Below, piece after piece: positions 40,779 through 50,730 of a stretch of 64,000 nucleotides of DNA. A model generated the notes under the pieces. The model made no database searches. It had not been told where the DNA came from and saw only the letters and a program-made list of their open reading frames with translations. Every line of letters starts with the position of its first letter. Within the stretch, counting starts at the first letter, position 1. The translations under genes and the position numbers were made by a program. This DNA is from Bacteriovoracia bacterium. GTDB taxonomy: Bacteria > Bdellovibrionota > UBA1018 > JBFWNL01. The stretch is from assembly GCA_050251055.1 (NCBI GenBank), contig JBFWNL010000009.1:32001-96000 (forward strand), written 5' to 3'.

Positions 40779-42134
40779 ATGAACTCCACCTTCCCGCCCA
40801 TCCCAACGCTGATACTCGCCACCACGCTGGGCTTCGCCCCCGTGGTTTCGGCGCAGGCGTTCGAAATTTTCGCGGAGCCCTCCTCCCGCACTTTCGCGCT
40901 GGCACATTGCCGGCCAGGCCACCCCTCCGCAGAAAATCCGGCTTGCGTGCTCTTTAGAAAAGCGTGCCTGTCGGCCGGCTCCACCCGGGCCGCGGACGAC
41001 CTGGACCGCGAGATTTGCACGGCTATTGCCGTCAACGCCACCACGCCTACTTCCGAAGCCGACGCCAACATCGACTACGCGCAATCATTCTTAAATCGAT
41101 ACGTGGACTCCAAAGCTAAAGCCGGTGCGTCGGCCCTGGCCACGATCTCGGGAGTACCGAACGGGCAGCTCGCGGAACGCGCCGTCGCCGTAGATCCAAT
41201 TGGCATCGACCAAGCCATCGAAGGGTGGCGCAAACTTTGTCTCGGCGATGAAAACCCGGCCCTAGGGCTTTGGAGCCACTACGCGCGGGAAACCGCCGAT
41301 AACCTATCTCCGCAACTCTCATTCAAAGACTACGAGCGACTCCTCCAGGGTTTGTACGTGAAACTTCCCAAAGAAAAACCGGGATGGGAGCGTCACTGGG
41401 ATAACATCATCTACACGGATCCCAGCAGTCGGGAACGACTCGGGCAAATCATGCTAGACGCGGCGGCCCGAGAAAACCATGGCTACCTGCTGGCTCGGTA
41501 TCTGAAAAACCTGGAATCACGCCTTGCGGAGCTCACCGAAACGCATGCGGCTAAATTCTTGCGAGACTTGGCGGATGTTGAAGCACACTTGGAGAAAAAT
41601 CGCCCGGACCTGTGGCCCCACGGTCAACCGAGCGTAGCCTTCCTAATAATCCGGTACCGGGGAATCGCCGATGTGATCCAATCCCAAGGTCAAGCCATGC
41701 TCAAACTCTTCCCGAACGAAGATGATCGCAAGATCTTGGCGGCCGCACGCCAGATGGACGCCGCTCCGATCTCGGGCGAGCTGGTGCGGGATCGCGTGCG
41801 AATCAACCCAACGCTCTTTCGGCAGCTGGTTTTGAGCGCGACCGAATCACGGCCGCCCCGGGCGCAGTGGAGAGAAACTTTTTTAGCGCGGCAGCAAGTC
41901 ATCTACGCGAACGCCTACGTGGCACGTATGGAGGTACTGGCGCAGTCACCGGCAATGCCCGCGGGCGAGAAATACGAGGCCCTCGTGGAGCTCGACGCCG
42001 TGGCCAAGTTCTTCGACCTGACACGTCCTCAATCGGGCGATCGGGTACGGTGGTTCATTCCCTTTAATGACGCCGCCGCCATTCGACGGGTACTTTGCCA
42101 AGTGGCGGACTCCGCCACCGACGAAGAAAAATAG
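40779..42134 (+). CDS. Secreted hypothetical protein inserted antisense in the ribosomal gene cluster
   Basis: Signal-like N-terminus; AAGGA RBS; AT-rich upstream region. Confidence 0.65.
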   Translation: MNSTFPPIPTLILATTLGFAPVVSAQAFEIFAEPSSRTFALAHCRPGHPSAENPACVLFRKACLSAGSTRAADDLDREICTAIAVNATTPTSEADANIDYAQSFLNRYVDSKAKAGASALATISGVPNGQLAERAVAVDPIGIDQAIEGWRKLCLGDENPALGLWSHYARETADNLSPQLSFKDYERLLQGLYVKLPKEKPGWERHWDNIIYTDPSSRERLGQIMLDAAARENHGYLLARYLKNLESRLAELTETHAAKFLRDLADVEAHLEKNRPDLWPHGQPSVAFLIIRYRGIADVIQSQGQAMLKLFPNEDDRKILAAARQMDAAPISGELVRDRVRINPTLFRQLVLSATESRPPRAQWRETFLARQQVIYANAYVARMEVLAQSPAMPAGEKYEALVELDAVAKFFDLTRPQSGDRVRWFIPFNDAAAIRRVLCQVADSATDEEK

Positions 42135-42156
42135 CGCAAAAATTTCCTCAGGAAGC

Positions 42157-42990
42157 TCAGCGCAAACGGCGGCGTTCCCAGAGATCCGGCCGCTTGCGTT
42201 GGGTGCGCTCCTCGCGCTGCAGCTGCCGCCAGCTTGCGATCTTGCCGTGATCGCCGCTCGTTAAAACTTCGGGCACCGAACGCGAAAGAAAATCGGCGGG
42301 CCGAGTAAACTGGGGATACTTCAATAAATCGTCTTCAAATGTTTCTTCGCTAAGTGAACGGGCGTTGCCCACCACTCCGGGCTGCACGCGCGTGACCGCA
42401 TCGGCCAAGGCCATCGCGGGAATCTCGCCCCCGGTGAGCACGAAATCACCCACCGATATTTCTTCATCCACGCACTCTTCGATGAAGCGTTCATCCAGCC
42501 CTTCGTAATGTCCGCACACCACCACCAGCCGCGGCAGGCGTGCGAGCTCTTTCACGCGGGCTTGGGTCAGCGGCTTGCCCTGCGGGCTCATGAGAATCGT
42601 GTGGCAAGGTTTGGCCGGCCGCCCGAGATTCGGGACCAGGATCTCCCCCGTGGCTTCGTTCACTTCGTCGAACGCCGGCTCGAACCGGTGCACCACCGAC
42701 TGCCAAGCCCGATGCAGGACGTCAGCGCGCAGGATCATGCCCTCGCCACCGCCGTAGGGCGTGTCGTCCACGGTGCGGTGCTTATCGAGCGAGAAGTCGC
42801 GAATTTGCACGGCTTCGAAGCTCACCAGGTTTTTTTCACGGGCTTTGCCGAGCAGGCTATGCTCGAAGAACGGCGGAAAGATCTCCGGAAAAAGCGTCAA
42901 AAAAAAGAATTGCAGGGGCGCGTCGGCGTTCGGGGAACTATTCGACGATTTCGAGGACGGTGCGTTTCTTGAGTTTGGTGGATGCGCCAT
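42157..42990 (-). CDS. trmD: tRNA (guanine-N1)-methyltransferase
   Basis: [44 protein letters not shown]; start uncertain. Confidence 0.95.
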   Translation of the reverse strand: MAHPPNSRNAPSSKSSNSSPNADAPLQFFFLTLFPEIFPPFFEHSLLGKAREKNLVSFEAVQIRDFSLDKHRTVDDTPYGGGEGMILRADVLHRAWQSVVHRFEPAFDEVNEATGEILVPNLGRPAKPCHTILMSPQGKPLTQARVKELARLPRLVVVCGHYEGLDERFIEECVDEEISVGDFVLTGGEIPAMALADAVTRVQPGVVGNARSLSEETFEDDLLKYPQFTRPADFLSRSVPEVLTSGDHGKIASWRQLQREERTQRKRPDLWERRRLR

Positions 42991-43189
42991 TGAGAATCGT
43001 TCTGACCGCCCGTGCCGTCCGTCCCTGCTTACCGATGATCTTGCCTAGATCTTCTTTGGCGACTTTTAACTCGATTACGGTTGTGTTCTCGCCGGCGATC
43101 TCGTTCACTTCCACTTGGTCGGGAACGTCCACCAGCATCTGCGCCATGTATTTAATGAGCTTGGACAGCTCGCCCAATTCTTGAGACAT
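42938..43189 (-). CDS. khpA: KH-domain RNA-binding protein
   Basis: [21 protein letters not shown]; follows rpsP. Confidence 0.92.
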   Translation of the reverse strand: MSQELGELSKLIKYMAQMLVDVPDQVEVNEIAGENTTVIELKVAKEDLGKIIGKQGRTARAVRTILNGASTKLKKRTVLEIVE

Positions 43190-43281
43190 CGCGTTGCTCC
43201 TTCAAGCTTCCACTGCTACGGCCAACTCAGCACGCTCCACGAAAGTGTGGAGGGGGCAAACTACGTTCGAGTACTCAAGAA

Positions 43282-43527
43282 TTATTTTGCAAGAGTTTTA
43301 ACTAGTTGTCCAACGGTTTCTGAAACCTGAGCGCCCTTCGCCTTCCAACGCTCAAACGCCCTCATATCGATCTTGAGCTTGGCTTCGGCCTTGTCAGCTT
43401 TCGGAAAATACTGACCGAGCTTCTCAAGATACTCGCCTTCGCGCTTCTTCATCTTGTCGATGGCGACCACGAGGTAGTTCGGCTTTTTCTTGGCGCCCTG
43501 GCGGGACAAACGGATCACAACGGACAT
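43282..43527 (-). CDS. rpsP: 30S ribosomal protein S16
   Basis: VIRLSRQGAKKKPNY, GAQVSETV. Confidence 0.95.
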   Translation of the reverse strand: MSVVIRLSRQGAKKKPNYLVVAIDKMKKREGEYLEKLGQYFPKADKAEAKLKIDMRAFERWKAKGAQVSETVGQLVKTLAK

Positions 43528-43658
43528 GAGATACCTTTCAAAAAAATGATTGAACTCGACTACTTAGCAATCAGCCGGGAGGCCGTCAACAAAAAGGTAT
43601 CCGAGCGTTTCCCTGTGCCGCGCCCTGCCACAAAAAACACCTGGATGCCTTTATATCC

Positions 43659-44219
43659 TTATTTTGAAAGGGATTTTCGGATGGCCTCGAGGAGCAACGC
43701 TCGCTCGGGGTCAGGAGACTTCCAGCCGGGCTTCATGAGGCGCCCCCCAGCCCCCGGAGGGATCTCGTGCGTGGGATTCTCCATCCCGGTCAGGAGCAAC
43801 GCGGGGATCTTGCGCGTAACCAGCTCCTTGAGAAAATCCAGACTGGATTCCCCGGGGAGTACTTCATCCAAAAGCACCAAATCCGGCCTACGACGCTCGA
43901 GTTCCATGCGCGCCTCCCAAATATTTGCCGCCATCGACTGCACGACGACTTCGCCGCTCTCCTCCAAGACCAGCTTTAGAAACTGGCGCATGGAATCGAT
44001 GTCTTCGACGATCATCAACTTATGCTTGCGTACGGGAGACGATACCGGAATCCCGGCCGAAGACGCACTCGATATTTTTTTGACAGCCGTGGTGGACCGG
44101 CGGACGCGCTTGGATTTTGACGGGGGCCGACTCCGCGCGACCTTCTCATTTCTCATAGGCTTCGCGCCAACCTTGGCCTGCTTCTTCGCCTTGCTTCGCT
44201 TCTTTTTCGCCGCCGCCAT
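43659..44219 (-). CDS. Response regulator receiver protein with a basic N-terminal extension
   Basis: IVEDIDSMR, PDLVLLD, LLTG, MKP. Confidence 0.75.
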   Translation of the reverse strand: MAAAKKKRSKAKKQAKVGAKPMRNEKVARSRPPSKSKRVRRSTTAVKKISSASSAGIPVSSPVRKHKLMIVEDIDSMRQFLKLVLEESGEVVVQSMAANIWEARMELERRRPDLVLLDEVLPGESSLDFLKELVTRKIPALLLTGMENPTHEIPPGAGGRLMKPGWKSPDPERALLLEAIRKSLSK

Positions 44220-44276
44220 CGTTCCCGCCGTGATGCCTAGAAGTTAAGTTATTCCGATATTTTACCGAACCAAAGG

Positions 44277-44828
44277 GTGAGTATGGCTGCGCATCCGCAC
44301 TTCCTTTGGACCGATCTCTTTCGCCGGCAAAAGTCCGAGCAAAGCTCCCTCATCGAGGCGCTTAAAGACAACGTTCTCTTCAGCACCTTAAACGCCCGGG
44401 AGCTCTCTTATCTCGCGCGCATGGTTTACGAGAGAGTGTATCAGCAGGACGAGAACATCTTCCACCAAAATGATCGTGGCTTCGGAATGTACCTCATTGT
44501 GAAGGGACGCGTGGCGATCAAAACCATGCGCCATGATGGCGAAGTACTCGTTACCACGCTGGGCAAAGGCAGTTTCTTCGGTGAACTCTCGCTGGTGGAT
44601 CCAGAAAACATCCGCACCGCCACCGCCGCCGCTTCCGAGCGCACCGTGCTGGCCGGGTTCTTCAAACCCGACCTCTTGGAAATCCTGGAGCGCAAACCGG
44701 CGATGGGCGTGAAGATCCTCCACCAGCTTTCGACCGTGCTCGGTCGCCGCCTGCTCGAAACCACCGAAAAGATCACGCTGCTGACCCAGGCGCGCGGAAT
44801 CGAGAAGGTCCATGGTCAAGTCTTCTGA
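44277..44828 (+). CDS. Cyclic nucleotide-binding domain protein
   Basis: IFHQND, MYLIVKG, FFGELSL, RTATA. Confidence 0.9.
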   Translation: MSMAAHPHFLWTDLFRRQKSEQSSLIEALKDNVLFSTLNARELSYLARMVYERVYQQDENIFHQNDRGFGMYLIVKGRVAIKTMRHDGEVLVTTLGKGSFFGELSLVDPENIRTATAAASERTVLAGFFKPDLLEILERKPAMGVKILHQLSTVLGRRLLETTEKITLLTQARGIEKVHGQVF

Positions 44829-45900
44829 TTTCCAGCTGCGCCGAGATATCATCAAGCTGCTCTGCGTGTTCGGGGTCCTGGCCGGAATCGCCGGAATTTT
44901 CCTCGTTACGCCCGCGCTTTCCTCGCCCACGCTGATTTCCATCATTCTCACGATGCTGCTCTCGCCGCTCGTTACGTCGCTCCAACGCCGGGGATTCAGT
45001 CGCTCGCTCGCGATCGGGCTGATCTTCCTCGTCGCCACGGTGCTTTTCGGCATTGCCAGCATCAAAGCCACGCGATCCATCGGCGCCCAGTGGGAATCGT
45101 TCCAACAAAAAGCCCCGGAGTACTTCGATCTCACCGTGATCCGCCTGAAAACCTTCGAGCAGGGCTGGAAAGCGAAACTTCCGTTCCTAGAGGGTTTTCA
45201 CGCAACCGACACCCTCATTGGCTGGGGCGAAAAGAACGGGGCGTGGTTTCTAAGTCACGGAGCCGACTTTCTGAGTTGGATTTTCCTCGTACCCATCCTG
45301 ACCTTCTTCCTGTTGAAGGATGGATATGCGCTCCGCAAGTGGCTGATTGATCTTGTGCCTAATCGCTTCTTCGAGTCTTCGTTCATGATCAGCAGCCAGG
45401 TTTTCGAATGCCTTTCAGACTATATCCGCGCCAAGCTAATCGAGGCATTTCTGGTGGGCGCGATGGTGACCGTGGGACTGATGGCGGTGAAAGCTCCCTA
45501 CCCCGTCGTGTTCGGCGTGATTGCCGGTGTGACGAACATCATTCCCTATCTGGGACCGTTCCTGGGCGCAATTCCGGGGGTGCTCGTCATGACCTTCGAT
45601 GCGAGCCAGGCCGAACTGATCTGGCCGGTCGTGATGGTTTACTTGGTTGCGAACATCATCGATACGGTGCTGATATTCCCAGTAATCGTCGCGAAGCTCG
45701 TGGATCTGCACCCCTTGCTGCTTTTAGCGGCGGTGATCGTGGGTCAGCATTACTACGGACTCGTGGGCATGCTCATCAGCGTCCCGGTGGCCACCGTCTT
45801 GAAGGTAATGCTGCAGGAAATTTACTTTGTCGTCTATGAACGCTCCAAGCAGCGCGTGAACTCCCTGGCCGGGGATGCGGACGAGTCCGCCGCGGCCTAA
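44812..45900 (+). CDS. AI-2E family transporter
   Basis: FFLLKDG, NIIPYLGPF, LHPL, GLVGMLISVP. Confidence 0.9.
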   Translation: MVKSSDFQLRRDIIKLLCVFGVLAGIAGIFLVTPALSSPTLISIILTMLLSPLVTSLQRRGFSRSLAIGLIFLVATVLFGIASIKATRSIGAQWESFQQKAPEYFDLTVIRLKTFEQGWKAKLPFLEGFHATDTLIGWGEKNGAWFLSHGADFLSWIFLVPILTFFLLKDGYALRKWLIDLVPNRFFESSFMISSQVFECLSDYIRAKLIEAFLVGAMVTVGLMAVKAPYPVVFGVIAGVTNIIPYLGPFLGAIPGVLVMTFDASQAELIWPVVMVYLVANIIDTVLIFPVIVAKLVDLHPLLLLAAVIVGQHYYGLVGMLISVPVATVLKVMLQEIYFVVYERSKQRVNSLAGDADESAAA

Positions 45901-47057
45901 AGCTCGCTACCGATCCAGGTCTGCCAGTCGGTGAAAAAAGCCGGATTCCCCGAAACCCCGCCTACGTTCGGATGCCCGCCAAGCGGTCCCAGCGGCGTTA
46001 CGATGAGCTGGGAGGCCGGCGGATTGGCTGGATTAGTTTTCATCCGGGTGAGCAGGCACTTCGTCTGATCCGGAGTGGTCGTATTTGCGCCCAGGTTGAA
46101 AGCGCCTACACCTTGACCGGTGCCGGTGTGACAGCTAAAGCAATTCGTCCTCAGCGGCGGGAATACGTTCGCGGAGAAGCCCGCGAAATTCTTACAGCCT
46201 TGGGCCGCCTCAATCACCACGAAGGCAAAACCCACGGTATCAACGCCCGGGCCTTGGGCCTGTGCGACGTTGAGCATGAGTGTGCTCACGTTCTGGGTCG
46301 TGGGCGGCATCACCGTGGTGTCCACTGTCGTGTAGGTAGACGCGCTGAAAATTTCGAGATTATTGATGACTGGAATGAAATCAGCCACGCGTACGCCGTT
46401 CGTCGCCCCACCCGGGAAAGTGATGCGTGGGTTGCGGAAAAGATAGGCGTTAGTGGGATTGCTCGTGCCGGGCACATTCGGCCGACTCACTTCGATGGTA
46501 AAGGTGTATCCCGCTAGCTGCGGGCTGACTTCGGAAAGGTTCCAGGCCGGCAGCACCTGGAAGGTCGCGTTTAGACCCGCGGGAATCTGTTTCTGGGAAA
46601 GCCGGATACGGGAACTCGGCGCCGGGGCACCCCCGTCGCAAGCTCCCTGAACCACGCATTCTCCGTCTTCCCACCAGTGAGTAACCGCGTCCTGCATTTG
46701 CTGGCGACGCGCGGGGGTACCACAAAGCTCTACGCTGCCACAGTGATTATCCCCGGATTTTACGACGATCTTGGAACCCGGGATGTTCCCGAAGTTAACG
46801 ATGCTGCTCGAGAGCACGACGCTGTAAGCCTGTTCCGCGCTCGCCACCGCGAACTGAGGTGACTGGATGGTACCGTGGCACTGGGAACAGTTGGCGGTGA
46901 TGATGGGGAATACGGATGTCTTGAAAGCTCCGAGACTGTCGCCACTGCGGGAGACTCGGCTGGCCAGCACGGCGTCCTTCTGCTTGAAGAGCGAACAACC
47001 GGAGGCAGCGAAACCCACCGTTAGCATCAACAGGCTAATTAATCCCTGAATACGCAT
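45897..47057 (-). CDS. Di-heme c-type cytochrome lipoprotein
   Basis: Lipobox ASGC; CSQCH and CFSCH. Confidence 0.75.
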   Translation of the reverse strand: MRIQGLISLLMLTVGFAASGCSLFKQKDAVLASRVSRSGDSLGAFKTSVFPIITANCSQCHGTIQSPQFAVASAEQAYSVVLSSSIVNFGNIPGSKIVVKSGDNHCGSVELCGTPARRQQMQDAVTHWWEDGECVVQGACDGGAPAPSSRIRLSQKQIPAGLNATFQVLPAWNLSEVSPQLAGYTFTIEVSRPNVPGTSNPTNAYLFRNPRITFPGGATNGVRVADFIPVINNLEIFSASTYTTVDTTVMPPTTQNVSTLMLNVAQAQGPGVDTVGFAFVVIEAAQGCKNFAGFSANVFPPLRTNCFSCHTGTGQGVGAFNLGANTTTPDQTKCLLTRMKTNPANPPASQLIVTPLGPLGGHPNVGGVSGNPAFFTDWQTWIGSEL

Positions 47058-47116
47058 CCGCTCTACTATCCCCTTCCCCTGCCGAACTACCGTCCTAAAT
47101 GATACCCGATCCGCGG

Positions 47117-48583
47117 CTATCCGCGCGCGAAAACCACGCCTTTACCCAAGTCAGTGCCGTTGAGAATCGGCGTGCGGCCCGCCGGCAATTTGGCGACGTA
47201 CTCGTCCGGAGCCCGGCGATTGAACGACAACCAATTGGCGACTAGGAGCTCGCAAGCCCCGCCCGGGTTACCCGAAAAGGTGGCGTAGTTGTTGAGCACG
47301 CCGCCATTGTCGGCGTTGAGCACGCCGACTTGCGGCTTGGAAACGACCGGACGATTGACCGGATCGTAGGCGAAAAGCGAAACCGCGCCAGCCTCCCCGC
47401 GGTCGGAAGCCCAGCCGAAGAAGCTCACGCCGCCTGAGTTGGGCTGACTGCCCGCATCTACGGTACCGTTCGAGGAGACCGAACCATCGGAGATCAAGCC
47501 GATCATCAGCGGCTTGCCCGCGCGAGCTGCCGCCTCCAGCGCCTTGCGGATCACGAGCGCCGTCTTGCGGTTGCGTGTCGTACCGGCGTTGCGGTTGTTG
47601 TTGTGATAATCGAAGCCGCCCAATTCGGCGGTCGCAAATCCAGCATAGCCACTGAGCAGGAGGTGCACGAGCGTAGCGACCCGCGCTTCTTCGTTATCGC
47701 CCAGGTTGAAAGCGCCGGCCGTGACGGCGCCGTCGACGATCGAATTACCCGTCGGGTTCGGCGAGGCCGCACCACCGCCTAGCTCCGCGCCGCCTTTGTA
47801 TCCGCAGTACACCAGATCCTGCACTTGCTTAGGCAAAGACTGGGCGCTGTAGTTGCGCACTTGGCTGTCGGTCATGCTGGCGATACCGCGCAACACCCGG
47901 CTCACGAGGTTGTTATCGTTATTCAGCCGCGTACGCAGCTGTCCCAAACTGATGAGCGCTCCTGCGTCGTTCGGTGAACTCACACGCACAGAGGTAAAGG
48001 CCGCATCGGCAAATAAACTGACGGAGTTACCACCGGACGGGCTACCTTGGGTACCCACGACCTTGGCAATGATGCCGTTGGCCCCGCAACGACCCATGGT
48101 CGTGCCGGGATTAAAGGGATTGTTGCTTTGATCGTCCCCGCTTTGCACGGCGATGATGGTGCTATTCACCTTGGCCTTCACGTTAGCCGGCATCGCGGCG
48201 AACTCCTGCGAAAAAGGCAGGCCTTGAATATAACGAATCCCGATACTGTTATCGAGCAATCCGGTAGGGTCGCCATTCGTACCAAGGCTTCCGTACCCGC
48301 CCGCGTTGAGGGGTTGATCGCCCGAAGTAAGCGCAACGGTTTCGTGGATCATGGCCATGCCGCCGGAGCAATCGATCAAGAGAAAGGGGACGTTTGGCGA
48401 AGCCGCCAAGGGAGGGCACGCGACGTCCGCGCGGGCGCGGGCGGCGAGGGCCATGCCCAACACCGACGGAGCCATCGCCATGCCGACGCCGCTGATGAGG
48501 CCGTGACCCAAGAAGTCGCGGCGGGTAACCAGCTTAGGATGGCCTTCCGGCAATACGATCTTTTTTCCTTTATTATCTTCCAT
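47117..48583 (-). CDS. Tat-exported protein (DUF1501-like)
   Basis: TRRDFL twin-arginine motif; GGFDYH, SDGS motifs. Confidence 0.7.
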   Translation of the reverse strand: MEDNKGKKIVLPEGHPKLVTRRDFLGHGLISGVGMAMAPSVLGMALAARARADVACPPLAASPNVPFLLIDCSGGMAMIHETVALTSGDQPLNAGGYGSLGTNGDPTGLLDNSIGIRYIQGLPFSQEFAAMPANVKAKVNSTIIAVQSGDDQSNNPFNPGTTMGRCGANGIIAKVVGTQGSPSGGNSVSLFADAAFTSVRVSSPNDAGALISLGQLRTRLNNDNNLVSRVLRGIASMTDSQVRNYSAQSLPKQVQDLVYCGYKGGAELGGGAASPNPTGNSIVDGAVTAGAFNLGDNEEARVATLVHLLLSGYAGFATAELGGFDYHNNNRNAGTTRNRKTALVIRKALEAAARAGKPLMIGLISDGSVSSNGTVDAGSQPNSGGVSFFGWASDRGEAGAVSLFAYDPVNRPVVSKPQVGVLNADNGGVLNNYATFSGNPGGACELLVANWLSFNRRAPDEYVAKLPAGRTPILNGTDLGKGVVFARG

Positions 48584-48622
48584 AACTCTCTCTATCCTTC
48601 CCCTAAATACGAAACGAAAAAA

Positions 48623-49216
48623 TTAGTTCAAAACCGTCGACTTCGCCGAAGCGAGCACGGCCGTGCAAAGCGCCACGTTCAAGCCCTGGCCGTTCGCTCC
48701 CCCCGCCTTCAAATCCGAGTGCAGGGAACGCAGGACTTCCACCTGCTCCGCCGCCGGCGACGGTTCGAGCAGAAATTTCTGAAGGAGCGCCGTGATCACG
48801 CCATCCCGAGCCGCGTCCGGAAAGCTGGTGTTAGTCGTGCCCGGAAAGTAATCCAGGCGATTGGCGGCGCCATTCAGGATGTCGCAGAAACGCGAAGCCA
48901 GACGCGCTTGCGCCACCGTTACCGTGGCCGAAAGCGTTCGCGGATCGTTCACGGAGGTCATCAGGTTGTTGCGCACGCTATTGTATTCGTTGTTGGCCGG
49001 GCCGGCGGTCGAAGTGTCGATGCCGGTGAGCACGCCCATGGTCTTGTAAGTCTGCACGAAATCACGGGATCCCGTACCCAAGATCAGACTATTGATATCG
49101 AATTCACTCGGCCGGGCGTAGTTGACCAGGTCTTTCTTAGGGGTCAAGGAACACGCCGTAGCCAGAAGCAGCATCGAAGCGAGGGAAACTTTTTGCATCA
49201 TATAATTCGTCTTCAT
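48623..49216 (-). CDS. Lipoprotein of the cytochrome/Tat cluster
   Basis: Lipobox ATAC; C-terminal CTAVLAS. Confidence 0.7.
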   Translation of the reverse strand: MKTNYMMQKVSLASMLLLATACSLTPKKDLVNYARPSEFDINSLILGTGSRDFVQTYKTMGVLTGIDTSTAGPANNEYNSVRNNLMTSVNDPRTLSATVTVAQARLASRFCDILNGAANRLDYFPGTTNTSFPDAARDGVITALLQKFLLEPSPAAEQVEVLRSLHSDLKAGGANGQGLNVALCTAVLASAKSTVLN

Positions 49217-49227
49217 GGGCTACTCCT

Positions 49228-50415
49228 TTACTGCATCATGCACTGAGGAAGGATGGACGCGTCCTCAATGAGTTCCCGTAAGTTATAGTTGTCCGCTTCG
49301 AAGCTGGTCGCGAGCTGGACGATGGTTCCGGACTCATCTCCGCTTGGTTCACGCAAGCAAACCAGGCGAAACGCGCGCTTGGCCATGCATTTTGAAAAAG
49401 CTTCCGTCTTCTGGAGCGCTTCCCCCAACGCGCGCACGCCGTTGCCGCCCGAAGTAGCCGGGCCGCGCCAGCCGAGACCTACGTTGTTATTCTCATCCCA
49501 GTAGTTGAGCCAGGAGTTGTTCGATGTTTGGAACCCGGAAGGATAAACGCCGCCGTTTTGGTTCATCTTGTTCTGGACGCCGCCTTGGGTGATCTGATCC
49601 GAGAAGTTGAAGAAAGCCCAAGCGCCGGACATCGCATCCAAGCCTTTGTGACAGCCGCTGCACTGAGTTTGATAGATCGTGTGATCTCCCGTAGGATACC
49701 GGCTCACGTCGCGCCGCACGCGATCATCGCTGATGTTAGTATCAGCAACTTCGGGAATGTCCTTACAAAGGAAGTCTATGAACGCGAACCGGGTGGCGCG
49801 CCGGTTGGTGCCGGCGCTCAAGAATGCAGATCCGAAAGCGCGGGTGGTGAGCAAACCGGCCGTGTCCGTGATCTGTGGCTGCGCCGCACTTTGCGCGACC
49901 ATCTCGAGGGTTGCCGACGCGCGCAGGTCCAGTCCGCCGGCGGCCGTGGTCAAACGGCCTTCCAGCTGTTGATAGTGGTTATTGCTATTCACCGCGTAGG
50001 CCGCGACGCCGGTGAGGCCCGCTACCCCACGGTAAAGGCGGTCGACCGAGAGCGATTGGTCAAACGGGAAGTCGTCCCGGACCATGCCGACGAACGTGGC
50101 CACGAAGTCGTTCATATCCACGTAGGAGTTGATGTCTACGTTGGTCAGCGGCTTCGCCATGCGCGGAAGGTTGAGATTGTAGAAGTAAAAACTATCGTTC
50201 GCCGGCAAGGTCGCGATCTGAGCCGCGCCCTTCAGGTTGCCGACATCGATCAAGTTTTTCATCTGGATGATAGTCGATTCGCTGGGCACGACGCCCGTCA
50301 AACGACTAAAAAGAAGAATCGCTTTTTCACGAGATCCACCCTGGGCCGTCGCTGCCGAAAGAAGCACGGCGCTCCCGAGTACGATACCACCGAAAATACC
50401 ACCACTAATCTTCAC
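49228..50415 (-). CDS. Secreted CxxCH protein with DUF1588/DUF1585-like C-terminal elements
   Basis: Signal peptide; GLLTTRAF, AGTNRR, CSGCH, FSKCMAKRAF. Confidence 0.7.
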   Translation of the reverse strand: MKISGGIFGGIVLGSAVLLSAATAQGGSREKAILLFSRLTGVVPSESTIIQMKNLIDVGNLKGAAQIATLPANDSFYFYNLNLPRMAKPLTNVDINSYVDMNDFVATFVGMVRDDFPFDQSLSVDRLYRGVAGLTGVAAYAVNSNNHYQQLEGRLTTAAGGLDLRASATLEMVAQSAAQPQITDTAGLLTTRAFGSAFLSAGTNRRATRFAFIDFLCKDIPEVADTNISDDRVRRDVSRYPTGDHTIYQTQCSGCHKGLDAMSGAWAFFNFSDQITQGGVQNKMNQNGGVYPSGFQTSNNSWLNYWDENNNVGLGWRGPATSGGNGVRALGEALQKTEAFSKCMAKRAFRLVCLREPSGDESGTIVQLATSFEADNYNLRELIEDASILPQCMMQ

Positions 50416-50532
50416 TCTGCCTCCTCAGCTCTCACCGGCGTGCATTGCCGTTACCGGTTTCTCTCTAAAACCGGCGTGAGACGATCCGTTCTCTTGAGCT
50501 GACCCCTAGTACCTATTGCAGAGTCTAAACAG

Positions 50533-50549
50533 AGCAAGCGTGGTGCCAA
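50533..50549 (-). promoter_or_regulatory. Sigma54 promoter of the 45897-50415 cluster
   Basis: Exact consensus TTGGCAC-CACGC-TTGCT on the minus strand. Confidence 0.7.
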
Positions 50550-50730
50550 AGCGGAGTCCTTTGATTTCAACTCCTTGGCTGCCTCGCGCGCTGTCGATTT
50601 TCTAGGAAGTTGTTTGGGTATTAGACGACCGTCTAGAAGTTCGAAATGTGTCCCCGGAAACGCAGGTCATTTCTCTCATGTTTTCAAGGAAAAGCCGGGC
50701 AGAAGCAGGTAAACCCGCGGGGCCCAGACG

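Noticed and set aside
48047-50502. 399-aa and 324-aa + strand ORFs
   Set aside because: Antisense to well-formed exported-protein genes
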